64,000 bases of DNA from Ginglymostoma cirratum (GCA_024137785.1 JAHRHZ010000016.1:33817339-33881338); one strand, 5' to 3'. Positions 1 to 12,860 are shown, numbered from the stretch's first letter. Notes: generated from the letters alone by a model not told the origin. Program-made: numbers and translations.

Positions 1-914
1 GTGGAACGAAGAAGGGATCCTCTACCTCGAAAGAACACACAAACTGGACAAAGCACATAAATGAGCGTGTACTCTCACATGTGGTGTACTGTAATGGAGA
101 CAGGAACATCAACAATGGATCAGTATCTCTCCCTCTCACACACACAGACACAAACACAAACACAGAGACACAGTGAGAAAGGAGCAAACTGAAAAGCCAA
201 GCACAGCACAACATAGACTCTTACAGAAAACAAGTGAAAGCGCACATAGGGGTTGTAGGTGGGTGGCCCCATAGTTGGTATCTGTACAAAGAAGGGTTTG
301 GAAAGGAATATTTTGGAAGTGCATTGCTTCGGAGATCCCCTGGATTTCAGAAGCAAATGTGTCATACGATGTGGCACCTAGTATTGAAGAATTGATCATT
401 AATTCCACCCTAAAACTGTATTGAGTTACCTGATTCTCGGCAAGGACAATTCCTATTAACCATTCTTTCCCTATGGCTGGGAGAGTTAAAACTCTCAGGT
501 AAAATTCTGCTCCCGAGATCAATAGCACTCTTACTAGAACATGCACACAAGAAAACCTTTCAGCAAGGATAGGTTTGGGCTGTAACATATCAACTGTGAA
601 ATTACCACCCAATAATTAATGTCAACACTCAAACATGAGGAATGCTCAACAAAGTGAGGTACCAGATGGGCCCATGGACCTGTACTCCTTTAAAAGGGAG
701 TAAAGAAAATTGGATGGCATTAGGGAATTTTAAAAATAAATCTTACTCATGTTTTATATTTGCACCATTCTTTGGCCCTATTCAACACTATTTTTATTTA
801 AGCTTATCTTCTACAAGGTTTGCACATACAGCAATAAATTAGAGGAAAAATGCTGACCACTCAGTGGCAGATGGAAGTAATTCTTCTGAAGCCTTACACC
901 AGATATTTACTTAC

Positions 915-957
915 ATTGCTAACAAAACACAGAGTATTAGAGGGCCCCATAGATCCC
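915..957 (-). CDS. YIPF6: YIPF6 coding exon 4 (WDLWGPLILCVLLA); gene continues beyond the left edge
   Basis: TACAG| acceptor, |GTAAGT donor, 43 nt; phase matches exon 3; Yip1 signature WDLWGPL. Confidence 0.95.
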
Positions 958-1530
958 CTGTAATGGAAAAACATAAGAATTATTCACATAATCGTGCAAA
1001 ACTAGTCTATGCCTCAGGGAGTGGTCAAGCACAGGGACTGGTTGAACCATCACCAACAGGCTAGGCAAGCAGCCAAGTGGATAAACTCAAACCAAAATCA
1101 AAATTCTATCAATTGTGTTGTACAAATTTTGTTGTAACCTCGTCTGCTATTGTGTTATCATCTGTAGTAATCTGACACTACAAAAGACACGCTATATCCT
1201 TTGTTCTGAGAATCAGATGAGAGATTTTGCTTTATCCTTTGGTTCCCCTATATATGTTCGGATAAAGAAGACTGGTAAGAGACAGTCAAACGTCCAAACT
1301 GTTACTCCTATATGGCACTAATGTTACTTGCTACATGTTTGACCAAGCCTGGATGTTATCCAGGTGCAGCTGCACGTGACCACAGGCAGCTGCAGTATTG
1401 TAGGAGTCAGAAACAGTGCTGAACATGGTGCAATCATCAAAACACCCCCATTTTTGACCACAGGATGGAGGGAAGTTAATTGCTGAAGTAGCTAAAGATG
1501 GTTGGGCCCCTGAAGAACTGCTGTGATAAC

Positions 1531-1715
1531 AGGAGGCCTAGGTGTATTAATGTTGGACTGTCAATCCAGAAACCCAAGTAACGTTCTGGAGACTCAAGTT
1601 CGAATCCCGCTATGGCAGACGGTGGAACTCGAATTCAATAAAATTTTGGAATTAGAGTCTAATGATTACCATGATTGCATTATTGATCCATCTGCTTCAC
1701 TAGTGCATTTAGAGA
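1531..1715 (+). mobile_element. SacSINE1-like SINE 5' half, within an old CR1 fragment (~1340-2060)
   Basis: GTTCGAATCC B box; GAATTCAATAAAA..GTCTAATGAT shared with 47851-48204. Confidence 0.7.
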
Positions 1716-2199
1716 CAGGATTGAACTCCAATGACCAAACCATCTTCCTTTGTGACTCAATCAGCTGAGAATTTTCCCCCTAGTTCACACTGACTTCAGC
1801 TTGCCCAAGAATCATTAATGTCACATTCATACAAATGCATCTTTGATGGGAAGTTTTAAGGGCAGTTATCCTTGCCTCGTCTTTTGAGTTCAGCTCTTTT
1901 GTCCCTATTTGGATGAAGGTAGGTTAGGAACTACTTGGCCCTGGCAGAAGACAAACTGAACAGCAGTTAACAGCTTGCTTCTCAGCATGTTTTGCTTGTT
2001 AGCACAGCTGATGACCCGTTCTATCATTTTGCTAAAGATCGAGAGTAGACTGATTGGCAGGATGCCTGCCAATGTTGTAGACAACTTTGCATACATCACT
2101 AACAAATAAATGCATACCATTGTCAATCATAGAATTTCATAGCGCATAATACACCAGAACAGGCTGTTCAGTCTAACGGGTCTGTACTAGAATCATAGA

Positions 2200-2554
2200 A
2201 TTGAAATATAGAATTCCTACGGTGTAGAAGCAGACCATTCGGCGCAAGGAGTCCACACCAACCCTCTGAAGAGCATCCCATCCAGACCCAATCCCCTACC
2301 CACCCCCATAACCCTGCATTTCCCATGGCTAATCCACCCAGCCTGCAAATCCCCGGACACTATGGGTAATTTAGCATGGCCAATCCACCTAACCTGCACA
2401 TCTTTGGACTGTGGAAGGAAACCAGAGCACCCAAAGGAAACCCACGCAGTCACAGGGAAAATGTGCAAACTCCACACAGACAGTTGTCAGAGGATGGAAT
2501 CGAACCTGGGTCCCTAGCACTGTAAGGCAGCAGTGCTAACTGTTGAGCCACCAT
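2200..2554 (-). mobile_element. HE1-like SINE
   Basis: Same head, body and tail as 5608-5929; B box GGTTCGATTCC. Confidence 0.88.
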
Positions 2555-3313
2555 TGGTATAATAAAATAAAGAACTGTGGATGCTGGAGATCTGAAACAA
2601 AATAAAAAGGTGTTGGAAAAATTCTGGAGGTCTAGCAGCATCTCTCCACAGATTTCTGTTGTGGTCTGTACTTGTGTTTGTCGATGCATCTGGGGGAGTA
2701 CTGCACAAGGGCCTCTGGAAATACTGCTTTGGAGAGACTCTCAAAAAATGACAGAGAATATCCTGCATGTTTTCACTTCCACATTTTCCTTAAACTCTCT
2801 CCTGCCCACCCTATAATATTATCCCACTGTCACAAAGCATTCTGCTCCAAGATATTGCTATTGGACACTCAGGTATTACAAAGATGCATATGTAATTCAT
2901 GTCTAACAGCAATTACCTGTACAATACAGCAAACACTGACATTTTTTAGCAAGTTTAAGCCTTCTTGAAATGAATAATTTTGTGGGCACTAGCAATGTTC
3001 CAATAGCTTGTTCACTGCCGTTCTTAACTGAAATCCATACAGGCATTTTCTAGAATGGGTCACTGAAAATAATTTAAGAGGAAAACCCTATTGCTTCTGT
3101 CTTGACTTCCCCTGCCTACTAGCCCATGGTCATGAAGATAAACTGTAAGCTCCTACCAGTATCTTGCCAAGATCATCCGAATCAATTTAGCCTAGGAATT
3201 AGACCTCATTGAATAACTAAACATTAAATTTATTCTCAGACATGAAGAAAATCCCTTTCTGTAAGGTATTTTCCATTCAACATGTCCTTGAAATTATGTT
3301 CAGTTGTACTTAC

Positions 3314-3392
3314 AATCTCTGAGAAGGCTGCTGCTCTTTTTAGGGTACATAACATGAACAAACTTCTTTCCAACAGCCTTCAGATCTCGTAT
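3314..3392 (-). CDS. YIPF6: YIPF6 coding exon 3 (IRDLKAVGKKFVHVMYPKKSSSLLRD)
   Basis: TTTATCAG| acceptor, |GTAAGT donor, 79 nt; closely matches vertebrate YIPF6 RDLKAVGKKF..VLYP. Confidence 0.95.
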
Positions 3393-4429
3393 CTGATAAA
3401 CACAAAGCAAACAAAGAAAAGGATGTCAGAGAAAAGAATACTTAGTTGTCAAGGAATGTGTGGAATCACACCAATATACTTAGACCAAATATAGTTATCA
3501 ATGGGTAAGAACTGACTAAGATGATAAGGAGGAACTGTTTGTGGTTGTCACCTGTTTTTATGAAGAAGAAAAACACTTCAGTATATGGGAAGCACAGTTT
3601 CAAACACCTTATTGGTGCAAGATGATCAGTAAATTTGACAGTTTTTATCCTACTTTACAACAAGGACCCACATAACAACTTTAAAAACCAATTCCATTTC
3701 TCCAGGTTGACTCCAAAGTTATTTTCATACTGGGTTTCCTTTAGCACATTTTGAAGTAATATTGACTTCCAATAACTCAACAGTAACAAAATGGAAGTTG
3801 TACTACCTCAGTCTTTGGTAAGTGTCTCCAGCATGATTTAATGACGTTGCTTATTCACGTCAAATCTGAGTACACAGTGCATTTTTAAACAATTTCATGA
3901 AAAATAACTGCAATTAACCATATACTCAATAGGTTAACAAAAACACACTAGTTTTGGCTACTGATTCTTGCTATTCCATTTAAATCCTGTAGTTGACAGT
4001 CACAACCTGTAAATTATTCCCATGTTCCACGATTGTTGATAAATAAACCATCTAACAGTCTTCAGAGTTCCGTTCTGCATCCTGTCCAATATGTCTGCGA
4101 TATCTTTTACTGTGTCAAAAGTCAATACTTGAAATTGACACTCATTCGTTTGCTCCAACTCTTAAGCCATTAAAATGAGATAAATGCAAAACAGAAACCG
4201 TTGTTTATTTAAGCAGTAACACAAAACAAGTATAAATGCACTATCTTGCATGTGACACCTGGTCAAAAGTTACAACTTGAATTACTTTAGAGAATTTTGG
4301 GGCACGGCTGTGGGGAGGATGGGGAAGGGGAAAGCGTATGGAAGCAAAAGAAGAAAACCATGCACTTTACGTAGACTGATTAATTATTCCAGAATCATAG
4401 TCAATATCTAAAAACTTTAGATCAAATAC

Positions 4430-6220
4430 AGTCATATAGTAATACAGCATGGAAACAGGCCCTTTGTCCCAAACTGGTCCATGCTGACCAAAGTGCTCAG
4501 TCAGCTAGTTCCAACTGCCCGCATTTGGTCCATATCCTTCTAAACCATTCTCATCCATGTACCTATCCAAATGTTTTTTAAATTTTGCTATTGTATCTGC
4601 CTCAATCACTTTCTCTGACAACCCATTCCAAATACGCACTACTCTCTGAGTGAAGAGGTTACCCCTGAGGTCCTTCTTAAATCTATCCCCTCTCACCTCA
4701 AACCTATGCCCCCTAGTTTTCAATTCCCCATCCCTGGGAAAAGAATACATGCATTCATCCTATCCATGCCCCTCATGATTTTATACACCTCAATAAGGTC
4801 ACCCTTCATTCTCCTACGTTCCAAGGAATAAAGTTGTAGCCTGGCCAACCTCTCCCTATAATTCAGGCCTACCAGTCCTGGCATCACCCTCGTAAATTTT
4901 CTTTGCACACTCGCCAGTTTAACTGTCTCTTTCCTATAATAGGGTGACCAAAACTGTACACCATACTCCAAGTGCGGCCTCACCAACGACTTATACTACT
5001 GTAACATAACATCCCAACTCCTATACTCAATGTCTCGACCGATGGAGGCCAACATGCTAAATGCTTTCTTCACCACCTTGTCCACCTGTGACACCACTTT
5101 CAACAAACTATGCACTTGTACTCCTAAATCCCTCTGTTCCATAACACTCCTCAAGACCTTACAATTTACTGTATCAGTCTTACCGTGGTTTGACTTTCCA
5201 AAGTGCAACACCTCATACATATCTGTATTGAATTGCATTTGCCAATCCTCATCCCATTTCCCCATCTGATCAAGATCCTTCCGTAATTTTTGAGAACCTT
5301 CTTCAATATCAACAATATTTCCTAATTTTGTATCGTCTGCAAACTTACTAATCATGCCTTGTATATTAACATCCAGATTATTTATATAAATAAATAACAA
5401 ATAACAAAAAAGGTCCCAGCACCAAGCCCTGTGGCACACCACTAGTCACGGGCCTCCAGTCCAATAAACAACCTCCAACCATCACGCTCTCTTTCCTACC
5501 ATCAAGCCAATTTTGAATCCAATTAGCCAGCTCTCCCTGGATCCCATGCGACCTAACTTTCATGACTGGACTACTGTGTGGCACCTTGTCAAAGGCCTTA
5601 CTAAAGTTTCATAGAAATTCATAGAATCCCTACAGTGTGGAAACAGGCCCTTTGGCCCAACAAGTCCACACCAACACTCAGAGCATCCCACCCAGACCCA
5701 TCCCTCTAATCTACACATCCCTGAACACTACGGGCAATTTAGCATGGTCAATCCACCTAACCTGCACATTTTTGGATTGTGGAAGGAAACCGGAGCACCC
5801 AGAGGAAACCCACATAGACACGGGGAGAATGTGCAAACTCCACACAGACAGTCACCTGAGAGTGGAACTGAACCCAGGTCCTGGGCGCTGTGAGGCAGCA
5901 GTGCTAACCTCTGAGCCACCGTGCCGGCCCTAAAGTCTACATAGACAACATCCACTGCCCAACCCTGATCCATCCACCTGGTTACCTCTCTGAAAAATTC
6001 TAAAAGATTTCAGACCTGACTTCCCGTGCACAAATCCAGACCTTGACTATCCGAATGTTGGTCAATCCTGCCCCTCAGCATTCTCTCCAATAACTTGCCT
6101 ACCACTGATGTCAGGCTCACTGGCCTGTAGTTCCCTGGCTTGTCTTTGCTACCTTTCTTAAATGATGGAACAACATTAACCATCTTCCAGCCTTCTGGAA
6201 CTTCACCAGTGGCTAAAGAT
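4430..6220 (-). mobile_element. CR1 LINE (HER1-like), 5'-truncated and frameshifted
   Basis: RT peptides VDVVYVDF/SKAFDKVPH, SGVPQG, KFADDTKL, VRPHLEYGVQFWSP, TRGHRF; CR1 3' UTR. Confidence 0.92.
5608..5929 (-). mobile_element. HE1-like tRNA-derived SINE nested in a CR1 LINE
   Basis: Head GGCACGGTGGCTCAGAGGTTAGCACTGCTGCCTCACAGC; LINE-derived tail; 7-bp target site duplication CTAAAGT (5601-5607 and 5930-5936). Confidence 0.9.
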
Positions 6221-6932
6221 GAAATATTTTAGGAAAAGTTATTTGTGGAAGGTTTTAGAAATGACAGCGTAACTGGGAACCTTTTAAGTTGGACATATTA
6301 GCTTCTCTTGCATGGCATGACAGAGCTTGCAATTATACATGGACATTATTTGCTGATGTCAGGGTATGATACAATAAAGGCAGTACAAGGAGTAAAGCAG
6401 GCAGTTGTGTACTAAAAAATCAGAGACAAATTACCCACAATTCTATAATTCGCCCTTGGGTGACAAACACCAAGTATCGAAGGCAGATCTTGTGAGACAG
6501 ACAAGGTGAGATTTCACTACACATAAAAACATGTACAGAAAGCTTCCCCTCACAATTACTCAGTTCACAAAGTTGAATGGAATGATACTAATGCAGACCT
6601 GCAGGGTCCCAGTTTCAACTATTGGTCCATGCTGAATTGTGACGTCAGTGAGAATAGTAATTGCAATTATTTAACTGGCCTTGGCAGCCATGGAACAGAA
6701 TGGAGAACAAACAAAACCAGCCAGCCAATCTCTCCCTGATTTAGTCCCAGTAACCACGCTAGGAATTGTATGATCTGGTGCCGGGTAAGTTTTCATGTTT
6801 TCCATGGTTACAACCAGCTCATCACTAGTTGCATAAAATACGAGACACACTTAACACTATGTGGAACAGTACCCTAGCATGAATTACTGTCCTCATGAGA
6901 ACATAGATTGGGGGATGTTCAACAGTACTTAC

Positions 6933-7061
6933 AATTGTCTCCTTGACAGGTTCATCCAGTGTGGAGTAGTCATCCTCCTGTGACTGAGAACTGACTGGAA
7001 CTGTAATTTGTCCCTCAACAGGGACATCATTTGATATCGACACATCAGCCAAGTCTGAAAA
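6933..7061 (-). CDS. YIPF6: YIPF6 coding exon 2 (FSDLADVSISNDVPVEGQITVPVSSQSQEDDYSTLDEPVKETI)
   Basis: TGTAG| acceptor, |GTAAGT donor, 129 nt; Yip1-family STLDEPVKETI motif. Confidence 0.95.
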
Positions 7062-7589
7062 CTACAGTGCCAAAAGACATTAGATTACCTGGTCATTATT
7101 TATTTTCAACTGAGTTTTCTATTTTTCCTACTCTGTCACCCACAGCCCCATCTCCCAATCTCTACGGCAGTATAGGTCCTAGCACATTGTCTGTTCCCAA
7201 TCCTCCAATGATACCTCTCTAAAGAAGCACATTAAGCCACGAAGCACATCCCAACCTTCACTCCGCTTGATCCAGTCTCATTCACATTGGACATGTTGAG
7301 ACTTCAGTATTCTATAGCATTTTTCTCTATTTTGGGCTTATAGTTAGATTTAAAAATATGATCTACAGTGAGAATTTTCTTTATCTTTACATAAATGACA
7401 CTTGTAAATTGCAAGAGCCTAACAAAAATGTTTAAAGACAATGTGCTCAAGGCAGGTAAACAGGAACTGGATGGTAGCATTGTACCTGCAGTTCCAATTC
7501 TTTAGTTGCTCAGTTAGGCCAGCCAGTTCAAGACTACCATTGTAACGGTCCTAGCTGATGGTAATATTGTGTTAAACAGAAGAGGTTTC

Positions 7590-7850
7590 AAACAGAAGGC
7601 ACGGAGGCCAATACACTGAATTTTTCAAGAATGGAGTTAAAAATATTTCTTAGGGCTAAAGGCATCAAAGGATATGGAGAGAAAGGAGGAACAGGGTAAC
7701 GAGTTGGATGATCAACCGTCATCATACTGAATGGCAGAACAAGCTTGAAGGGCTGAATGGCCTGCTTCTATCTTCCTGCATCTATTTTCTACATATTCTA
7801 TATATTACGTTCTATAATACATAAGATATACTATATATTCTATTCTGTAC
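7590..7850 (+). mobile_element. CR1 3' end with degenerate (TTCTA)n tail
   Basis: GATATGGAGAGAAAGG..GCTTGAAGGGCTGAATGGCCT followed by TTCTA-like repeats. Confidence 0.7.
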
Positions 7851-8309
7851 ATCCTGCTTCAATTTTTTATGATTAAGTCTATACATGGGTTATGTAAACT
7901 TGAGAACCCAAGTATCCAAATAATCATGATACGCTATGAACTTTTATTCCACCTTGTTTAAGTGCTACATTTATTTGCATCCAAGTTTTTCCTCAAAGGA
8001 TCAGATGAGCCCTAGGTCAATTAAGTGAGTTCCCCTTCATTATCACTCCCAAATACAGTTTGCAAACATGTTCTCACTCTATCACTCTTAACCTCCATCC
8101 AATAACTATTACGGAATTTCAAATACATTAGAACAGAGTTAAATCTACATAGTTGTGTTACAAACTGTAAATACAACAGCACAAACATATGTTTATCTGG
8201 TTGCATCAAACAGGTGAACATCACAGCCAAGTTTGATTCTTCTGACACGAGCACTTTCCAATAGGGAAAACAGGACAGCAATAAAGTAGTATTTGCTGAT
8301 TTTCCTTTA

Positions 8310-8630
8310 CTACAAACATCCCCATCCTCAATGATAGGAATGCCCACCACAGCCATACAAAGGATAAGGCTGAAGCATTTGCAACAATCTTAACATAGAA
8401 ATGCCGTGAGGACGTTCCATCCTAGACCCCCGAGGACCACAAACGTCATGGCAGTCTTCAGCCAATTCAGTTCACTCTATGTGCATTTTTGAAACTGCTA
8501 GGGGCACTGGATACTACAAAGGCTCTCGGCCCTGACATTCCAGCAATAGAACGACTATTTGTAGTTTTGAATTGTCATGCTTCTCGCCATGCTGCTCCAG
8601 CACAGCTACAACACCAACATCTACTTGGCA
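8310..8630 (+). mobile_element. Old CR1-clade ORF2 fragment
   Basis: NIPILND..KDKAEAFATI..LDTTKALGPD decayed peptides. Confidence 0.55.
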
Positions 8631-8859
8631 AATAGATTTTCTGCTTCGCACACTGGAATTAACAAAACGCACTTTACACAATTTAGCACTTTGAACACTA
8701 GCAGTAGGGCAGAATCTGCAGGAATTGATTATGTGGAATTGAAGGAAGTCAGTCAGGGTCCTGATAACAATCCAACGATTCCAGGTGGAAAATGTGCGGA
8801 AAGGACAGCTGCACTCAAGTTCTGTTCTGCTGACAGAAGAGGTTTACACATGACGGCGA

Positions 8860-9330
8860 TACCAGTGTGACAACCCTCACAACAACAGGCAACACCTTCG
8901 GGGTGTGAACATGGAGAAGAAGGGGGGGGGGGAGGTCCAAAGCTTCTCCTTCACTGTCAGTCCCTAGGCCCGCAGGAACACAATAATTGTTTCTGTAACG
9001 GTTAACTCACCAGCGGTTGTCGAGATTCACTCTCCACCTCCGCCATCTTCAGCCCCGCTGACGTGGAGAACAAACATCTGACCTCAACCCCGCGACAAAT
9101 ATCCCACCGTGGCGCACCCAATGTGCGTCACTGATGGGCGTTGCTCTTTTCACACCCCCATCGGTACCTGTTCTGGGACTGTTTGTACTTTTATGAAAAT
9201 TTACAGTCTCAAAGCAGTGCTGAGACTCCTCTGCGTTACATAATAGAGTCCAATTGCTACGCCACCTTGTCCCCTGTCTTCTTAAACATCTCTGCCAAAC
9301 GTTGCTTTCCCTTTCCAGTACTGATATCGC
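8860..9330 (-). promoter_or_regulatory. CpG-enriched YIPF6 promoter / first-exon region
   Basis: Locally raised CpG density; YY1/TISU-like GAAGATGGCGGA over the ATG; TGACGTGG at 9059-9066. Confidence 0.7.
9011..9046 (-). CDS. YIPF6: YIPF6 coding exon 1 (MAEVESESRQPL)
   Basis: ATG at 9046 in context GAAGATGGCG; 36 nt; donor CTG|GTGAGT; CpG-rich surroundings; joins exon 2 in phase 0. Confidence 0.88.
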
Positions 9331-11489
9331 TGCGTTCTCCACAATGTCCTTTTTAAATGTGATCCTCTCCGCACTTTCAATTCATCTCTTTCGAAGTATT
9401 GCCCTTCCCACGTCCTCTCAATTTCCTTTTTCCACACATCCTCACCTCTTCCGTCGCTGAACTACATTTTATCACCAAAGTGTCGTCCTATCTTCTCCAA
9501 GTATTCCCTCACTTCCCAGTGCCCCTTCTCAGATATCAAAATATTTTGACAACCGTTAATCAAGATTGTATGGGCTGTTAACTCTCTAAAAAATATTGGA
9601 AATCTCCACATTTTGTCACAATTTTCCACTTATATGAATGACAAAATAATGACTGTAGCATAACGTGGCAGGGTGACACTTCGCTAAACTTTCAAGGTAG
9701 CTAAAACAGACTACCACCATTATTTTTAAAGGTTGTATCGTAGAAACACCATCTGTGACACAAGGAGATACAGAATGTTCACCTGATATGCTACGTCACT
9801 GTTAAACAAGAGGTAACTGCCTTCACACTTTTATTTATCCAGCCTTTTGGCATTTACTGAAGTGGTGGCTACTGAGTGCCAGGTGGCAGTAAAGTCATTA
9901 TTGACACCAGGACTCTTCCCAAGTCCAAATTTAGTCTGGAGGTGCACTATTTAAAGCCAATGCTACCTTACCACCTTTGCCTCTAATCCTGGACTTTGCT
10001 CTTACTCTCCGATTCTCAATTCCAGGTTCCACCAGACGTACATAAATTTAGCTTCAGTAGGCTACCTACACAAGCATAGACAGTGACGTTATTATGCACA
10101 TAACGTAATAACATCAGCTACATATGTAGACACATTCTAGTTTAGGAACATGTCGCCAGTAACTGACATTATTATACCTGTTTTCACATGTGCAGGTGTC
10201 TACTTTGATGGCCATCTTTGCGTTTGAGCCAATGACTCAATTTTGCCTTAAATGATCAGCCTTTAGCACTCAGTTTCTTTTACGAAGACCATCTCTCTAG
10301 CATCGTGGCATTTTACTCCTTTTTTTTAACGCGTAAACCAAACTTTTCCAATTCCAACACACTACAGGCTGGCCACCCACACTCTACCTTCAACACACTT
10401 GAAGTTCCCGTATCCCTATTTGCCCCAAATCCTATTCATTCGTTACCTGTCTGCTCAATTGTGTACATTGGCTCACTGTTAAATGATAGCTTGGTTTTAA
10501 CATTCTCATCCTTGTTTTTAAATCCCTCTATGACTACCCATAACCTTTTCTATTTCTATAACCTCCCCCAATTACGAATGTTTTGCAACTTGAACATTGC
10601 CTATTTTAATTGCTCCACTATTGGTGTCATGTCTTCAGCTTCTTGGGACTGAACTCTGGAATTACTTTCCTAAACCTTATTCCTCCCTATCTATATTTTC
10701 CTTGAAGCTGTTACTTAAAACTTTTTGAGCAAATCTTTGAGCATTAAGTTTCCTCTAATTTTCATGCCTGTTATTCAGTAATAATTTTTACTTTATGTAA
10801 AATGCCCCAGAATGCTTTAACATGTTAAAGGCACCATTTAACGGTACAGCATAACTTAGTCTGTCGTGTTTGAACGTGAGATATGATGGTATTGGTGTTT
10901 ACTTTCTCCACTTTGCTTTTAAGGTATGAGGAGAAGGCAGGAGCATGCCTTTCAGGTCAAAAAAAAATCAGCCATGATCGTATTGAACGGTGTATCAGGC
11001 TCAATGCGTACAATGGTCTGCCCCGGTACTATTCTGTATGTTACTACCTGGAGTCAAGTGGCTTATCTAGAAAATAAAAGTGACGAAATCAGAGGTAAAT
11101 AAAATTAGAAAAGGCAAAAAAGTTAAAGAAAGGATAAGTGTATTATGATCTTTATGTGGCACTAAATATGTATATTCAGAATAATGGTGAGTGCTATCCA
11201 CTGGCCTCCTACTGACATGTTTAAATATAAAATTTACAATATTTTAGTTAGGAAAGGTTCTTTTTCTTGATTGTGAACCTGGAAGACCGAAATAGAAACC
11301 GTTCCATTCCTCACCGTTCACACCAGTCAGGAGAAAATTCACGAACATCAGAAACATTAATAATTTGGCTGGTAACATACGTGAATAAGTATTTCAAAGA
11401 GCTCCAATTTCTGAAAGTAATGTGATTTCAACGTAATGTAATCCAATGTTATTCGATTTTGACAGTTTTCATGTCTATTTTATATTAAG

Positions 11490-12140
11490 AACACTCTATC
11501 TAGGTGGCAGCAAAGGGACGACAAGTAGTTGTGGCGGCCGTAGATTTTGTGTGAAAACCAGAGCTACAAAAAAACTGCGTGCATTGCGTGGTTGTTTGTC
11601 AAATGATTGCATCAATTCATAGCACTGCACGTGGTGATTTATTTTGATCGAGCTACGTTCATGGTATTTACTGAAGCATTTCTTCTTCAACAAACGTCGT
11701 AAAATACACATCAAATAGCCCCTAAATGAAGAAACCTCCTACGTAAAATCTACCATTTTGTTCAGACGCGGCTAGAATCACGTGATGTAACACATCGTCA
11801 ACCAATGAAATCGTTCTCAGCGATTTATTTGTTTAAATTAATAAATTTTCGGCCGATAATATCTAAATGTTTGACACAATCCTGAAATAGTTTAAAATTT
11901 GCACTATCATAAAATTGACGTGGCATTTTTAGAGTGTCGTTCAAGTCACCCTAAATCTGAAGTGGTTCAGTTTATGTAGACTTTATAAGGCTCTGGCTGT
12001 GCACAATCTAATCCGGTTGTGGGGTGAAGCTCACTATAGAGGTCACGTGCTGAGTGCGTTATCACTCCTCATGCCCTCGGGGAAGGTCTGAGACAAGAGC
12101 CAATCACTACCCTTGCAGGGTATCACCTGATTCAGGTGAG
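11490..12140 (+). promoter_or_regulatory. CpG-enriched promoter-like region, candidate distal SLC7A3 promoter
   Basis: ATTGCATCA 11606-11614, TGATGTAAC 11783-11791, E-box TCACGTGA 11778-11785, CCAAT, TGACGTGG ~11916, CTCF-like 11499-11512, donor CAG|GTGAGG at 12135. Confidence 0.55.
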
Positions 12141-12860
12141 GAAGTCACCAGGCATCTGGTCTGGGCAGTAGCAGAAAGCAGAAGAAGCAGTTCCGAGACA
12201 AACTTGGATGATGTGGATGCAGCTTCTACCCAGAATGGGAAGGGCTTCTGGCTGGCCATATGAGTTCAATGTGTGAGATGAGTCAAACAAGATTCACAAC
12301 CCAATTCAGACTACTCTCACCCCACACAGTTTTTAATTCAACAGACATGAAAAAAATGTTATGCACTTATGAAAAAAGTGTTCTGTATTGGAGGCAGGAA
12401 ATGATGCTGAGTGAGATGGTTGTGATACTGACTATACTTTTCTGACAGGTTCTTGTCTTGAACAGAGATTGCTCTGTGTCAAAGCAAAGTACTGATTTCA
12501 ATATGTAAACATGAAATATGTATCAAGTATGTATTCGATACAATTTCTTTCCCTTGTTGGTCCTTCATTTATTCTATTTTGTTTCCTTCTCCAGAAGGTA
12601 ACATGGCTGGTAGGTGTAAGCATGGTAAGTCAGGAGATAGAACGTTCAAGACAGCTTATTTTGTGAAAGTGTGTAAATATAAATTGTTTTTGTTATTCTT
12701 CTGCAATAGTGTCCAGTCACCAGAGATCCTAATTCTACACTGGTATTAGATATGAGATGTTTGAGAACTTCTAAGCAAATGATAGGATCATCAAATTAAT
12801 CCAGAGTTGCAAATTGAATTTCTTTCTTCAAACCTCCTCTTGGCCAAGAATACCATAGAT

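Noticed and set aside
136-612. 158-aa minus-strand ORF inside a YIPF6 intron
   Set aside because: No ATG start, no recognisable domain, not YIPF6 exon 5, and it ends in a (TG)n-like tract; probably repeat-derived.
2480-2554. tRNA-like A/B boxes (also ~5870-5929, ~1590-1610, ~48110-48204, ~23280-23330)
   Set aside because: These are SINE heads continuing into SINE bodies; no complete cloverleaf, so not tRNA genes.
12395-12446. C/D-box snoRNA-like motif (ATGATG...CTGA)
   Set aside because: Imperfect C box, too short, and no terminal stem.
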